DNA of 64,000 nucleotides from the human T2T-CHM13v2.0 reference genome, Homo sapiens. Shown here one piece after another: positions 1-19,504 of the stretch. The translations under genes were made by a program, and so were the position numbers. The first letter of the stretch is position 1. Each line of letters opens with the position of its first letter. Under the pieces are notes generated by a model. The model was not told the origin of the DNA and ran no database searches. It saw only the letters and a program-made list of their open reading frames with translations. The stretch lies in NCBI RefSeq assembly GCF_009914755.1, contig NC_060929.1. The stretch is one strand, 5' to 3'.

Positions 1-1790
1 TCATTTCAGCCGCTTAGGAGCCCTTGCTGAGAAACTAGTGCAGTCTTTTGGAGGAAAGAAGACACCCTGGGTTTTTGATTTGCCAGAGTTCTCATGATGG
101 TTCTTTTTCATCTGTGTGAGCTTAATGTTTCATTAACTGTGATGTAATTTGAGTATAGTCAGTTGACTTCTTTTTGAATGTTTTCAGAGGGCCAGTGTTT
201 TATGCAGGGTGTTTATTTGTAGCTGAATTCTTGTCCTAGTTTCACAGAGGGGTATATTAGCAAAGTAATTTTGGTGTTAAAGTTTGGGCTGTGGTCTGGT
301 AGATGGGCTTAAGTGTTATGGCCAGTAGGTAGGCTCTTACTCAGCTATGTGACTCCTCTGTATTTCCTCAAGATTGCAGCCGTGCCCCTCAGTGCTCTGA
401 AAATGTGGGCTCCTCTCCCACTCGAGTGCTGGCTGCACATCTCAGCTTAGCATTGCCAGGCTGCCCACCATAGCTCTGGGGTGATCTTGGTTTATGTTCG
501 CTTCCTAGCTTGGAGGCAACAGGGGAAGGGACTCCGGTTGGTGGTAGTTGTGGCAGAGAGCCTTTCACTTGTCTATGGGCCTCTACCCTAAAGAGATGCA
601 GAACCACTGTCAATCAGTGCAGTCGGCCCAGGGTGGGTGACTGCCCTGTGCCCAAGATGGGGAAGGAGGCCCTGCCTGGTGAGGAGCAGGAGGAGCTGGC
701 AGGGGAAGGGAGGTCACCAGCGAGACAGACTGACTGCTGCTTATGGCAACTGCAGCTTCCTGGAGGTACAGCTGAAGTACTCAGGGTTTTTGTTCCTTCC
801 TCTGTCCAAGGGTAGCAAGGGCAATACCACTGCAGTGGCAGTGACAGAGGGACTTTCGGTTGCCTCTGTCAGCTCCACCTCAGAAACATGGAGCCACTGC
901 TACTGGGAATCTTCAGCCGAGGGGCGAGGTGGCTACCCTGCTGGCCTGAGGTGGGGGATCTACTTGGTGAAGAGTCAGGGATTGGTTCTCACAGGGAGAA
1001 GAGACTGGGCTCCTGTCCATATGGTGACTGTGGCATGCTAGAAGCCCAGATGAAGGCTTCACTGTTTCTTCCCCAGACTGAGGGCAGCAGGTGTAGGACT
1101 GCTGCTGTGGCAGTGGCATAGGGGCTATCAGTTGCCTCTGGGAGTCCTTCCTCAGGGAAGACAGAGCCACTACCAGTGGGAATGCTCAGCCAGGGGAGGG
1201 ACGGCTGTTCTGCTGTCCAAAGCCAGGGTCCCTGCCTGGTGAAGAGTTGGCTATGGGAGCTCACAAGGTAGAGAGACTGGGCTCATCTCCATATGGTGGC
1301 TGTAGTGTACTAGAGGTACCAGTGTAGCGACCGGGCCCTGTGTTCCTTCCCAACCCAAGGGTGGATAGTGTGGTACCATTTTAGCTATAGTGGTGGAGGG
1401 GCTATGGGTTCTCTCTCAGATTTCCTCCTCAGAGAAATGCAGAGCCACCTCCAACTGAAGCATTCAGGTAGGCTTGATGGTTGTGCTGGAGTCCCAGGTC
1501 GGGAGGCCCTGTCCAGTGAGGAGAAGTGGAAATGGGGACCCGTGTGGGGAACAGTCTGGCCGCGTTTTGTGAGGCAGCTGTGCACTTCCTGGAGTTCTGT
1601 TCCAGTCCCTAATCACTGTGCCCCCTCCAGAGCCTGAGGGCAACAGCAGTGAGGGCTGTGGCACAGCAAAAATAGCAGCCTGCCTCTCCCTTCGGGAGCT
1701 CTGACCTAGGGAAGTACAGAGCTGCTACTGGCCCGAGAGCCTAGGCAGGGCTGGTGTGACCATGCGAGGGTCCCAGGACGATGCATATTT
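1..1790 (-). mobile_element. Old LINE-1 5' region (5'UTR/ORF1 start), antisense
   Basis: Antisense-L1-like motifs (gcagtcttttggaggaaagaagacaccctgggtttttga...) and internally repeated GC-rich units (ccctgcctggtgaagag...gagactgggctc). Subfamily not resolvable by eye. Confidence 0.6.
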
Positions 1791-2434
1791 CGGCCTGCTT
1801 GATGGCATCCTACATGGCCCTTAAGTTCTGTTCACTTTTTAAGTATTTTCTACTTTTTCTTCCTTAGACTCAAGGAATTTTAATTTTCCTATCTTAAACT
1901 TTGTTGATTTTTCCTATGGCCCGCTTAAACCTTTTGAATTTCCCTAGTGAAATTTTCATTTCAGTTATTATGCTTTCAACTCCTAGAATTTCCTCTTGGT
2001 TTCTTTTTGTTTTCTTTTTATTGATACTTCGATTTGTTCATTATTTTCATGAGTCATTCATATTTCCCTCTAGCTCTGAGCATCTTTATGATAGTTGTCT
2101 TTGTGTAGCATGCCACCATCTGGTCTTCTCCATAGATGTTTTCTATTTATTTTTTTCCATTGACTGAACCATACTTTCCTATTTTTTTATGCCTTTTTTT
2201 TTTTTTGTCTTACAGTGTTGCAACTCGGGATCAGATTTTCCCACTTCTGTAAGATTTGCTGGGTTTTGTTTTGTTTTGGTTTTTGTTTTCTTATTGCTGT
2301 AGGGTGGCACTAGTCCAGGAATTAGCCTGAAGTATAACCTGTAGGTCTTCTCACATTTTTTTCTGAGCCCACGTCTTTCCCTGGCCTTGTGCAGTGACTT
2401 TCTAAATTCCCCATGTGTGCAGTTGTTCTTTGTT

Positions 2435-2728
2435 TTGTTTTGTTTTGTTTTTGAGATGGAGTCTTACTCTGTCACCCAGGCTGGAGTTGCAGGGGTGTGA
2501 TCTCAGCTCACTGCAACCTCCACCTTTTGGGTTTAAGCGATTCTTCTGCCTCAGCCTCCTGAGTAGCTGGGATTACAGGCACCCACCACCACACCTGGCT
2601 AATTTTTATGTTTTTAGTAGAGACAGGATTTCCCCATTGGCCAGGCTGGTCTCGGAACTCCTGACCTCAAGTGATCCGCCCACCTCAGCCTTCCAAAGTG
2701 CTGGGATTACAGGTGTGAGCCACCAGGC
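2435..2728 (-). mobile_element. Alu (AluS-like)
   Basis: T-rich tail followed by antisense Alu body ending gagccaccaggcc. Confidence 0.92.
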
Positions 2729-3367
2729 CAAATGTCCTTATCCTTAATGTCTGATTCCCCAAAGCAGAAAAAGAGGGGAACAGAAGGGGAAAAAAGTAGG
2801 CACTGTTCCTTAAATCCTCTGGAAGCCACATCAGGTCAGTGGGGATTGCAAAAATGGCAGCCTGCATTTGTGTTTGCACCTCCGTGATTCAAAGCAGTAA
2901 TTTGCAGTCAGAACCCAGATCCCCATTATTTGGAGAACAAGGTCTTTATTGCCACTTTGGCCACCAAAGGCCACGCTAGGGATGCTAGTACGGCTTCAAG
3001 CCATGAGATGAGGAGATTGGAGATGGGTAGCTGCTGCCAACTAATATTAATTTCACTTGACTGGCCAGGCCTTCCCCTAGAAGCTACAAGCCTTCATATA
3101 GTTTCCAGAGTTTCAAAATAGTTGTATCAGACAGATTCTGACACCTCAGTTGTCTAGGTGGATAGATAGAACCTTGGTGCTTCCTACTCTACCATCTTCC
3201 CTGACATCTACTTTTTCTTTTACCTTACATTTATTTTGCACTTTTGGCATTTTCTGTCTTTAAGTATGTAAGTAGTATGCCACCATCTGGAGTTCTGATG
3301 GGGAGGTGCTACTGATGTCTATTGGGTAGTATGCTGAGGGTGAGGTCTTGCATAAAAGTCACAGTTA

Positions 3368-3665
<298 letters not shown>

Positions 3666-3951
3666 TTACAGTTATGAAGTTAATTCTTATCATTTGGGGA
3701 AGAGATTTTGATAGGTTGCTTGTCACACATCCATCATTATCTTCAGCTACCCAGAAGGCTTTGTTTGATATTTACTCTTTAAATGTACATTTTATGGCAC
3801 TTAACCTCGGTGCCCATTTAGGTCTCTTCCAAGTATACTTTCCTTTCTTTCCTGTTCTAAAGCCTTTTAAAATAAACTTCCACTCTTGCTCTGAAAAGAA
3901 ATAAACATACATTTTGTCATTTGATAAATGTTTAAATTTTCCACTTGGAGG

Positions 3952-4943
<992 letters not shown>

Positions 4944-5111
4944 CCAGAAACCAGAGTTTTTAAATTGCAGCTTTCTTAGTAGGCATGGGCTATAAAAGGA
5001 AAAAGATTAACCCACTCACTCCTGTTACAAGGAAGGACAGAAAGTGGAAGAAAACTTCATTTTTAGTTTTGTTATGGAAAAGTTCGAGTATATATAAAAG
5101 TAGAGAGAATA

Positions 5112-5410
5112 GGCTGGGCGTGGTGGCTCAAGCCTGTAATCCCAGCACTTTGAGAGGCCAAGGTGGGTGGATCACGAGGTCAGGAGATTGAGACCATCCT
5201 GGCTAACACGGCAAAACCCCGTCTCTACTAAAAATACAAAAATTAGCTGGGCGTGGTGGCATGTGCCTGTAGTCCCAGCTACTTGGGAGGCTGAGGCAGG
5301 AGAATGGTGTGAACCCAGGAGGTGGAGGTTGCAGTGAGCTGAGATCACGTCACCGCACTTCAGCCTGGGCGACAGAGCGAGACTCCGTCTCAAAATAAAT
5401 AAACAAAAAA
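5112..5410 (+). mobile_element. Alu
   Basis: Sense Alu body with A-rich tail. Confidence 0.92.
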
Positions 5411-5450
5411 GTAGAATAATATAATGACTTCCCATGTATTCGTCATCCAA

Positions 5451-6662
<1,212 letters not shown>

Positions 6663-6935
6663 TATCTGTATCTTGTCTTAATGCACTGACATTTGTATAA
6701 TGTTATTACATCCAAGAATAGGAGAGGTGATTATTTGTTCAGATATACTTTAATGTCATTCATCTGATATACTTTAATGTCATTCAAGACTGGTATAAAA
6801 TTTCCCTTATATAGATTTTTCATATTACTTGTAAATTTACTGTGATTCTTAGTATAAATGAAGGCTATTGATTTTAATATGTCAATTTTATATCCAGCTA
6901 CTTCAGTGAGTTTTATCATTCATTCTCTGGACTGT

Positions 6936-7165
<230 letters not shown>

Positions 7166-7974
7166 TAGAGGTAGTTTTACTTTCTCTTTACTCATATCTA
7201 ATTGATTTATATTGCCTGATTGCATTGGTTAATATGTCTAGTACAGTGTTAAATTGTAGGGAAAATAATGGGTGTCTTTGCCTTGTTCTTCAGCATAGCA
7301 GAAATAGCTCTAGTGTATTTAATAGATACTAGCTTTAGGACAAAGGTCTATGTATTCTATTATGTTGAGGAAGTATCCCTCAGTTCATTTTTGCTTGAGT
7401 GTGTTTATTGTCTGTGGTGCTGAATTTTGCTGAACATTTTCTCAGCATCTCTAGATGTGTATTATTCCTTACTTAAATGCATTTAATGTACTATAATAAG
7501 TGCTATAATAAGGGGAGTGAGTTGTTGGAACTCAAAGTTAGGAAAAGGTACACAGAGGAGTTAACATTTGAACTGAGTCTGAAGGATACAAAGGAGTTCA
7601 GAATGTAGGAAAAGGAGGGAAGACATTCAGGAGTATAAATAATTACAGGAATGGGGTAATTTATGAGTCCATCATAGGCTTTGGGTACTAGATTATATTT
7701 CCTAAATTCATATGCCTCCTCCTCCTCTGATCCTTCTGCTCCATTCTCTTGGTCACTCTTACACACTCACCCGCCTTAACTGAGTTTGTTTTATTCATTT
7801 GTTCACTTATCAGTTCAGCTGTCATCCATTATTTTATATAGTGTTTTTTAGAATTTTATCCTCTTTTAGTCATATAGCAAACCCTTACTGAGATACAATT
7901 AATCCCTTCTACACATTTAGTCTCAGCCAATCACATGAATCATGGGCTGTTGCTTTCTTTTTTTCTTTTTTCAG

Positions 7975-9557
7975 GATGTAAGAGCACACCTAAAATGACA
8001 AAGTCAACTCAAACTCAGGATTCATTTCAGGAGCAGATAAGGAAAAGATTGAAAAGGGATGAACCCTGGAACTTCATATCAGAAAGATCCTGCATATATG
8101 AAGAGAAATTAAAGAAACAGCAGGACAAAAATGAAAATTTACAAATAATTTCAGTTGCCCATACAAAAATCCTTACTGTAGATAGAAGCCATAAAAATGT
8201 TGAATTTGGCCAAAACTTCTACCTGAAATCAGTCTTCATTAAGCAACAGAGATTTGCTAAAGAAAAAACTCCATCAAAATGTGAAATACAAAGAAATAGT
8301 TTCAAGCAGAATTCAAATTTACTTAACCAATCAAAAATCAAAACAGCAGAGAAACGCTATAAATGCAGTACATGTGAAAAAGCCTTCATTCACAATTCAT
8401 CCCTTCGTAAACATCAGAAAAACCACACTGGAGAAAAATTATTTAAATGTAAAGAATGTTTAAAAGCTTTCAGCCAAAGTTCTGCTCTTATTCAACATCA
8501 AAGAACTCATACAGGAGAGAAACCCTATATATGTAAAGAATGTGGGAAAGCCTTCAGCCATAGTGCATCCCTTTGTAAGCATTTAAGGACCCATACTGTG
8601 GAGAAATGCTATAGATGTAAAGAATGTGGTAAATCCTTCAGTCGAAGGTCTGGGCTTTTTATACATCAAAAAATCCATGCTCAAGAAAATCCCCATAAAT
8701 ACAATCCAGGCAGGAAGGCATCCAGTTACAGCACTTCCCTTTCTGGAAGTCAGAAAATTCATCTCAGAAAGAAGTCCTACTTATGTAATGAATGTGGCAA
8801 CACCTTTAAGTCTAGCTCATCCCTTCGTTATCATCAGAGAATTCACACTGGAGAGAAGCCTTTTAAATGTAGTGAATGTGGGAGAGCCTTCAGCCAGAGT
8901 GCCTCTCTTATTCAACATGAAAGAATTCACACCGGAGAAAAGCCCTATAGATGCAATGAATGTGGGAAAGGCTTTACTTCTATTTCACGACTTAATAGAC
9001 ACCGAATAATTCATACTGGAGAGAAATTGTATAATTGTAATGAATGTGGTAAAGCCTTAAGCTCCCACTCAACACTTATTATTCATGAGCGAATTCATAC
9101 TGGAGAAAAACCATGTAAATGTAAAGTATGTGGAAAAGCCTTCAGACAGAGTTCCGCTCTCATTCAACATCAGAGAATGCATACTGGAGAAAGACCCTAT
9201 AAGTGTAACGAATGTGACAAAACATTCAGGTGTAACTCATCGCTTAGTAATCACCAGAGAATTCATACTGGAGAGAAACCATATCGATGTTTAGAATGTG
9301 GGATGTCTTTTGGCCAAAGTGCAGCTCTTATACAACATCAGAGGATTCATACAGGAGAAAAACCCTTTAAATGTAATACATGTGGAAAAACTTTTAGACA
9401 AAGCTCATCACTTATTGCACATCAAAGAATTCATACTGGAGAGAAACCCTATGAATGTAATGCATGTGGGAAACTCTTTAGCCAGAGGTCATCCCTTACT
9501 AATCATTATAAAATTCACATTGAAGAGGACTCCTTAAAAGCCGATTTGCATGTGTGA
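7975..9557 (+). CDS. ZNF354B: KRAB zinc-finger protein 354B, final (spacer + zinc-finger) coding exon; KRAB exons lie upstream of the window
   Basis: Polypyrimidine tract and AG acceptor at 7973-7974, phase 1. 13 C2H2 fingers arranged 4 + degenerate finger + 9, the Kid1/ZNF354 layout. C-terminus [13 protein letters not shown]; lies upstream of ZFP2 on the same strand. Confidence 0.9.
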
Positions 9558-9662
9558 AAGCCTTAAACCAAAACTCATCAGAGAATACATGCTTGAGAGT
9601 GATTTATTAAATATAATGAATATGAGAAAACTCTTAGTTCTCATCAGATACTAAGTTTTAAG

Positions 9663-9668
9663 AATAAA
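9663..9668 (+). promoter_or_regulatory. Candidate poly(A) signal AATAAA for ZNF354B
   Basis: AATAAA ~105 nt after the stop. ATTAAA also at 9606-9611 and 10271-10276; usage not determinable from sequence. Confidence 0.4.
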
Positions 9669-9980
9669 CTTTAGCTATGTAATAACTTATGGGAAAAGCT
9701 TTTATACTTGTCACTCACTTTTTAAAATATCCCGAGACAGTTCACTGTTGCAGACATTGAAATTGGCCATTTGTAAGATAAAAGGTATGTTTATAAAATC
9801 TCTTTATATAATATATGCTATCTATGACATGCAAAAAAGAAAAGTCTGGGTGCTGAGGTGCTGAATTTTTCATTAGAAAAACATTTGTATAAACTACTAT
9901 TATATAAATATAAGCATATTTATTACAGCAAACATTTTAATAGCAAACAAAACAATTGATCTTAAAAATATATGCAATAT

Positions 9981-10145
9981 ATACTTACCTGGCAGGGAAG
10001 ATTACCATGATCACGAAGGTGGTTTTCCCAGGGCAAGGCTTATCCATTGCACTCCAGATGTGCTGACCCCTTCAATTTCCCAAAATGTGGAAAACTCAAC
10101 TGCATAATTTATGGTAGTGGGGGACTACATTCGCACTTTCTCCTG
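9981..10145 (+). pseudogene. U1 snRNA retroposed pseudogene, full length
   Basis: atacttacctggcaggg...gatcacgaaggtggttttcccaggg...attgcactcc...gcataatttatggtagtggggg...tcctg matches U1 end to end with CpG decay. Sm site altered (ATTTATG vs ATTTGTG). Flanked by TSD-like atatatgca(a/g)tat. Confidence 0.95.
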
Positions 10146-10739
10146 AAATATATATATATATGCAGTATTAGAGCAAAGGACCAATAAGAGATAAAAACTA
10201 ACTGAACTACCTCTTAGTGCCTGGAATTTACCTTTTCCTGACTTACTGTCAAACTTCGTGCATGGCTTTTATTAAAAAAGAAAAAATCTGTTCTCTTCTT
10301 TGTTGTAGTCATGTCCAAACAACATCTAATAGCCTCCCATATTTTCTATACATTTCCTAGTTTTGTTTTCAGAATTTTTTCTTTATTGTCTTGAAGTCAT
10401 ATTTATTATGAAACCATACTTGCTATGCTCTGAACAGTAATGTTAGATAGTTTAGGTTGAAGCATTTTGTTTGTTTAGGCAATCACTTCAAGGTTAAAGC
10501 TATTAATATTTTTTTAGTTGGCTGCAGATGAAATCCTAATTGTTTAAAGAGCCTATCACTTGTGACAGTCTTCAGAAGGAATCAGTTTATGAAATAAAAG
10601 TTTTTTTTCCTCGTGGGGTTTTAAAAGTTTCAGACTGCAAAGGAAATTCTTTAAAAATAATTGTAAATTTCAAAACTGATTTACTTAGAAATGTTTGTTT
10701 AAGCCTGAGTTTGGGCCAGATATTATCCTGAGCGCTAGA

Positions 10740-11920
10740 AATTGTATAGAAGAAAGAAACAGACCTTAAAGAAGTCATGAATTGAGTGGGTGGAGAAGAG
10801 GAGGTTAAAGGGAGTAAGCAAATCATAATGTGTTGGGGTTTTCACAGATAAATAGTTAAGCTGTGATGCTGTGTTGCAGAATACAAATGGAGAGATTTGC
10901 ATGGGATGCAGAAATATGGAAGACTAACCAAGCAGACCAGGAGAGACCAGCAATAGTGTCCCAGAGACCATGATGTCTGAGCCCAGTTTTGGAAGAATAG
11001 TAGGTATTCTTCATGAAGTGAGATCCTGAATAGAGGGAGCCACATATGCAAAGGTGTAGGGTGGGTGGGTGACAGCATATTACATTTGTAGAGAATCTAT
11101 AGGAAGTAATGAAAAAGAAAAGCTTGAGAAGAAGGCAGTGGCTAGGTAACAAAAGGTCTTACTTGCCAAACTAAGGAATTTGAATTTTATTCTGAAATTT
11201 AGGGTACTAAGTAACGACTTTAAGTGATGGAAACTGTATTGCACGAATGTGTAGAGGATGAATTTAGGAGATTGAAGACTGCTGAACAGACTGAAGCCTA
11301 GAATTCAGCCTCCAGTGATGGGTGAAGGAGGCTCTAAGCTCAAGCAAGGATAGTCAGTGAAGAATATGTTGCACATGCTAATGTAGTAAGAATAGATAAG
11401 GCATAGTTTTTGCAATCAAATAATTGGGGAAGGTGATTGACACACAGGGTAGATTAACTTTACCTGGATGGATGGTGGTGTGATATGCCTTGTAGGCAAT
11501 ATAGGGGTAAACAGTTTGATTTTATACATGTTAAATGAGTCATCCAAACCCAAAAGGTCAATTTGAGCTGGATGGCTTGAGTTAGGAGTAATTAAGATAT
11601 AGTTAGTGAAAAGCTTGGCACATGTAAATTGGCCATGAGAATGTACAGATTAGAATGAGAAAGGGATCATGGATACAACCCAGGAAAACATCAATATACA
11701 AGAAGTAGATGAAGGAATTGTGCAAAGATGAAAAGGAATGGCCCTGTATGTAGGAGAAAAGGCAGAAGAGTGATGTCACTGAACCCAAGGGATAAATGAA
11801 TCTCAGATGGGCAGTAGTGTCAGGTGCTATAAAGGAAGTAATAAGGAGAGTAAATTGGTAAATGAGATAATTGTAGACTTTGGCAAGAGAAATTTCACTG
11901 AAGGAGGGTGAACAAGTAGG
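10740..11920 (+). mobile_element. Degraded LINE-2-like fragments
   Basis: Purine-rich L2-like motifs (aaggaatttgaattttattct; gtgatgtcactgaacccaagg). Confidence 0.45.
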
Positions 11921-12797
11921 CTGTTGAAGACTATTTCAAATATAATTGAAGGGAAGAATGACTTAGGGACCATTTCTGGTTTAATAATGTATGCACATGT
12001 TGAGGGTAGATTAAAGAAGACATTGCTGGGAGGAACAACTTTTGTGAAATAAATTGGAGTCATAGCATAGGTGGAGGAATTAACCTTAATTTCAGGGATG
12101 GAAAAGCCCACATAAAGAAGGGAATACAGATAAGTGATTTGGAGGTGAAGGAATTTTCTGCCTGCTGACTCATTTTCTCTAAGGAGAAAGACTTCATTTT
12201 TTAAGAGTCTCAATTTGGATATTTGAGTGCTTAATGATATTAAATTAATGAGTTTCAATCCTTGTCCTGGAGGTTTTTTGGGAAGTCAAGGCTCTTGAGT
12301 TTTATTTCCTACCCTTGTTTCTATAAGAAAGCTCCATGTTTGTCAGTTTCATGTATTTGATAGTTGTTATTTTTAATTATAAGGAAAAAATTTGCTGGTG
12401 AATTAAAGTTTGAAAACTACTCAGGGAGGGAGAGAAAATGCTTTTTAAAAAGTGGTAAATCTGAGGAGACTGCAAAGAAATGTCAGAGTTCAACAGGCAT
12501 GTGGAGGTAGATGGAAAGGCATTCCAAATTGGAGAAAAGCTTGAGCAAGGCAAGGAGGCATGACGTGTTCATGGTATTATTGCAAATTGTATTTTAAAAC
12601 TTCATTCCTGTTTGTTCCTAGTATATAGAAGTATAATTGGTTTTTGTATATTGACCTTGTATCCAGCAACCTAGCTAAATTCACTTATTTCTAATAGCTT
12701 GCTTGTAGATTTTTTTGGATATTTTACACATAATGATAATCTAAATAATTTCCATTCTGTTTCTCTTTTCCAATCATAATACATTTTATTTTTCTTA

Positions 12798-13227
<430 letters not shown>

Positions 13228-14493
13228 TCATATTCCTAGTGTGATGTGAGTTTTTATCATAAAAGGGAGTAGTATTTTGTCATGTCCATTTTCTGCATTG
13301 GTTGAAATGATCATTTTGTTTTTCTCTTCATTCTTTTAATAGATAATTGTTTGAATTTTGGTGTTAACCAATGTTTCATTCCTGAAATAAATTCTACTTG
13401 GTCATGATATATCATCATGTATGTGTATATGTATATAAGATCAGGTTTCTTCCTTAGTAAACAGAAGCCTGATGAAGTGCCCAACGTTGTGTTCTAAGAA
13501 CTTAGAGCAAAAGGAAATTATCCAAGTCTCAAGGAAAGATGTAATAATACATGGAAATGAGGTACTCTTGGAAGGCAAGGCCTGGGAGCAAAAGGCTCAG
13601 AGGAAGAATAAATCTAGCATTTGTAGGGACCTGTAGGGAGACTGGCTTTGCTGGTGTAGAGGGCTCCTGGTAGGATAAAATAAAAATATTTGAAATGAAA
13701 GCTACAGTTACCCTGTCAGAGACTTTGAATGCTGTCTAAGACTGTAGGAGTTTGGATATGATGATGGACATATTAATTCACTATATTTCTGAGGAGCAAA
13801 TGACCAATTTGAGACTATTTTAGGAAGAATTATCTGATAGAATAGATGATTCAAAGATTATTTGATCATTTCTGATTATGATCAAATGATTCAAAGATTA
13901 TCTGATCATTGAGAAACTGAAGGACTGATTGTTGGGAGTAGGTCTTTGGGCGAGTCTGTGAGAAGAGTTCTTAATGAGAACTAAAAAGGTTATTTCTGTT
14001 CTTGGTGTCCCAAACTGCTCTGGTATTTTGCCAAATACTACAGATAGTAAAATTCTTAATTAAAGCTGACATGGTTATATTTTTAAAAATTTAGGTGCAA
14101 TTAGTCTTTCAAGATCAGAAGATATTTAGTTAGTATCATAGTTCAGTCTGTTCCAAGCTGTAAAGTCAGTTATTTCAGTAATGTAATTTCTAAGATCTAT
14201 AAAAAATGAAAATATTTTATTTTCTTATATAACTTTCTGTGAGAGCATTGAACAGTCAAGAAACTTGTATGTTTTCCAGCCCCCATTCTGCTTCAAGTTA
14301 CATGGTGTCTAGCCTTTTCAGCTCTAGAAATTCTACATTATTATGTAATATCCTGCTTTATGGGTCTTGGTGGTATATGGTATAGATCAACTCAAAATTT
14401 AAAATTTTCATCGTATGAATTTTTGTGTAGAGATTTCAAGATGAGTTGATCTGAGAACAAAAAGAACTCCAAAGAAATCTTACTATTTTCCTG

Positions 14494-14576
14494 TTGGTAT
14501 ATATTGTTCAATAAAACACTATATTGGTATATATTGTTCAATAAAACACTATATTGGTATATATTGTTCAATAAAA
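14494..14576 (+). repeat. 30-bp tandem repeat, ~2.8 copies
   Basis: Unit ttggtatatattgttcaataaaacactata. Confidence 0.9.
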
Positions 14577-14599
14577 TAATTATGTATTACGAATTAAAT

Positions 14600-18330
<3,731 letters not shown>

Positions 18331-18347
18331 AGAAAAAAACAAAGCTA

Positions 18348-18780
18348 GGCCGGGCGCAGTGGCTCACGCCTGTAATCCCAACACTTTAGGAGGCTGAGGC
18401 AAGTGGATCACTTGAGGTCAGGAGTTCGAGACCAGCCTGACCAACATGGTGAAACCCTGTCTCTACTAAAAATACAAAAATTATCCGAGCACAGTGGCTA
18501 GTGCCTGTAATCCCAGCTACTCAGGTGAGGTAGAATCGCTTGAACTTGGGAGGCGGAGGTTGCAGTGAGCCGAGATTGCATCCAGCCTGGACAACAAAGC
18601 GACAGACTGTCTCAAAAAACAACAACAACAACAGCAACAAAGCTGGGCATGGTGGCATGTGCCTGTAATCTCAGCACTTTTGGAGGCTGAGGTGGGAGGA
18701 TCACTTGAGGCCAGGAGTTCGATACCAGTCTGGGCAACATAGGTAGATCCTGTCTCTACGAAACATTTTAAAAAATTAAA
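18348..18780 (+). mobile_element. Alu followed by FLAM/left-monomer Alu
   Basis: Full Alu with (aac)n tail, then a monomer. Confidence 0.88.
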
Positions 18781-18884
18781 AACTGACTGCTATAACTTTT
18801 TGGTAGATTAGCCCTTTTATCATTATGTAATTTTCCTGTCTCAATTTTCTTTGTCTACAAAGTCCACATTATCTGATATTAATA

Positions 18885-19200
18885 CAGTAGACCACTTCAG
18901 TGCCTTTGACATTGAACTCATGGGTTCTGGGTGACCAGGGTCATTGTCCAATATCAAAAGAACATTCAAGGGCAGTCCCTTACTGGCAAGGTACTTCGTG
19001 ATTTCACGGACAAAAGCATTAGTGGAACCAGTCCAGAAAAAGTTTCTCATTGTCCAGGCCTTTTGGTTGTGTGCCCAAGAACAGAAAGTTCATCCTTAAC
19101 CTTTTCCCTCCAAGGCTTGGAGGTTAGCAGCATTGTACATAACAGCAGTTCTGATCATAAACCCGACTACATTTGCACAAAACAGTAGAGAGACTCCATT
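18885..19200 (-). mobile_element. Tigger (TcMar/pogo) transposase DDE-domain fragment
   Basis: Minus-strand translation KYLASKGLPLNVLLILDNDPGHPEP matches the Tigger/CENP-B-type LLLDNAPGHP motif. Confidence 0.75.
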
Positions 19201-19504
19201 CCTTCCTACCTTTATTTTTTGTAAAGACAGCATCTCGCCATGTTGCCCAGGCTGTCCTGGAACTTGCGGTCTTGAGTGATCCCCTGACTTCGGCCTCCCA
19301 GGGTGCTGGGATTACAGGCATGAGCCACTGTACCCAGCCTGGCCTTTACCTTTCTTACAGCTCTCTGGGATTTGGCATTATTTCAGGTTTGCCAAGAAAA
19401 TAACATCCGTTTCCAAGATTTAAAATGTTGCTGGTGTGTCCTTACTTGTTTTTCCTGACCTTGTGAATTAACAAGTTTTCAAACAATCTGTTACATTTGC
19501 TTTT

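Noticed and set aside
389-1664. Cluster of overlapping ORFs
   Set aside because: They lie in GC-rich L1 5'-like sequence and show no recognisable protein.
7935-7974. ATG at 7935 as ZNF354B start (540-aa ORF)
   Set aside because: It lies in the intron before a clear polypyrimidine/AG acceptor; the real N-terminus comes from KRAB exons upstream of the window.
8254-9537. Alternative-frame ORFs over the finger arrays (also 56887-58002)
   Set aside because: Expected by-products of repetitive C2H2 codon structure.
13847-13910. Short local duplications (atgattcaaagattat(t/c)tgatcatt; also a 24-bp duplication near 6742-6787)
   Set aside because: Ordinary slippage duplications with no sign of function.
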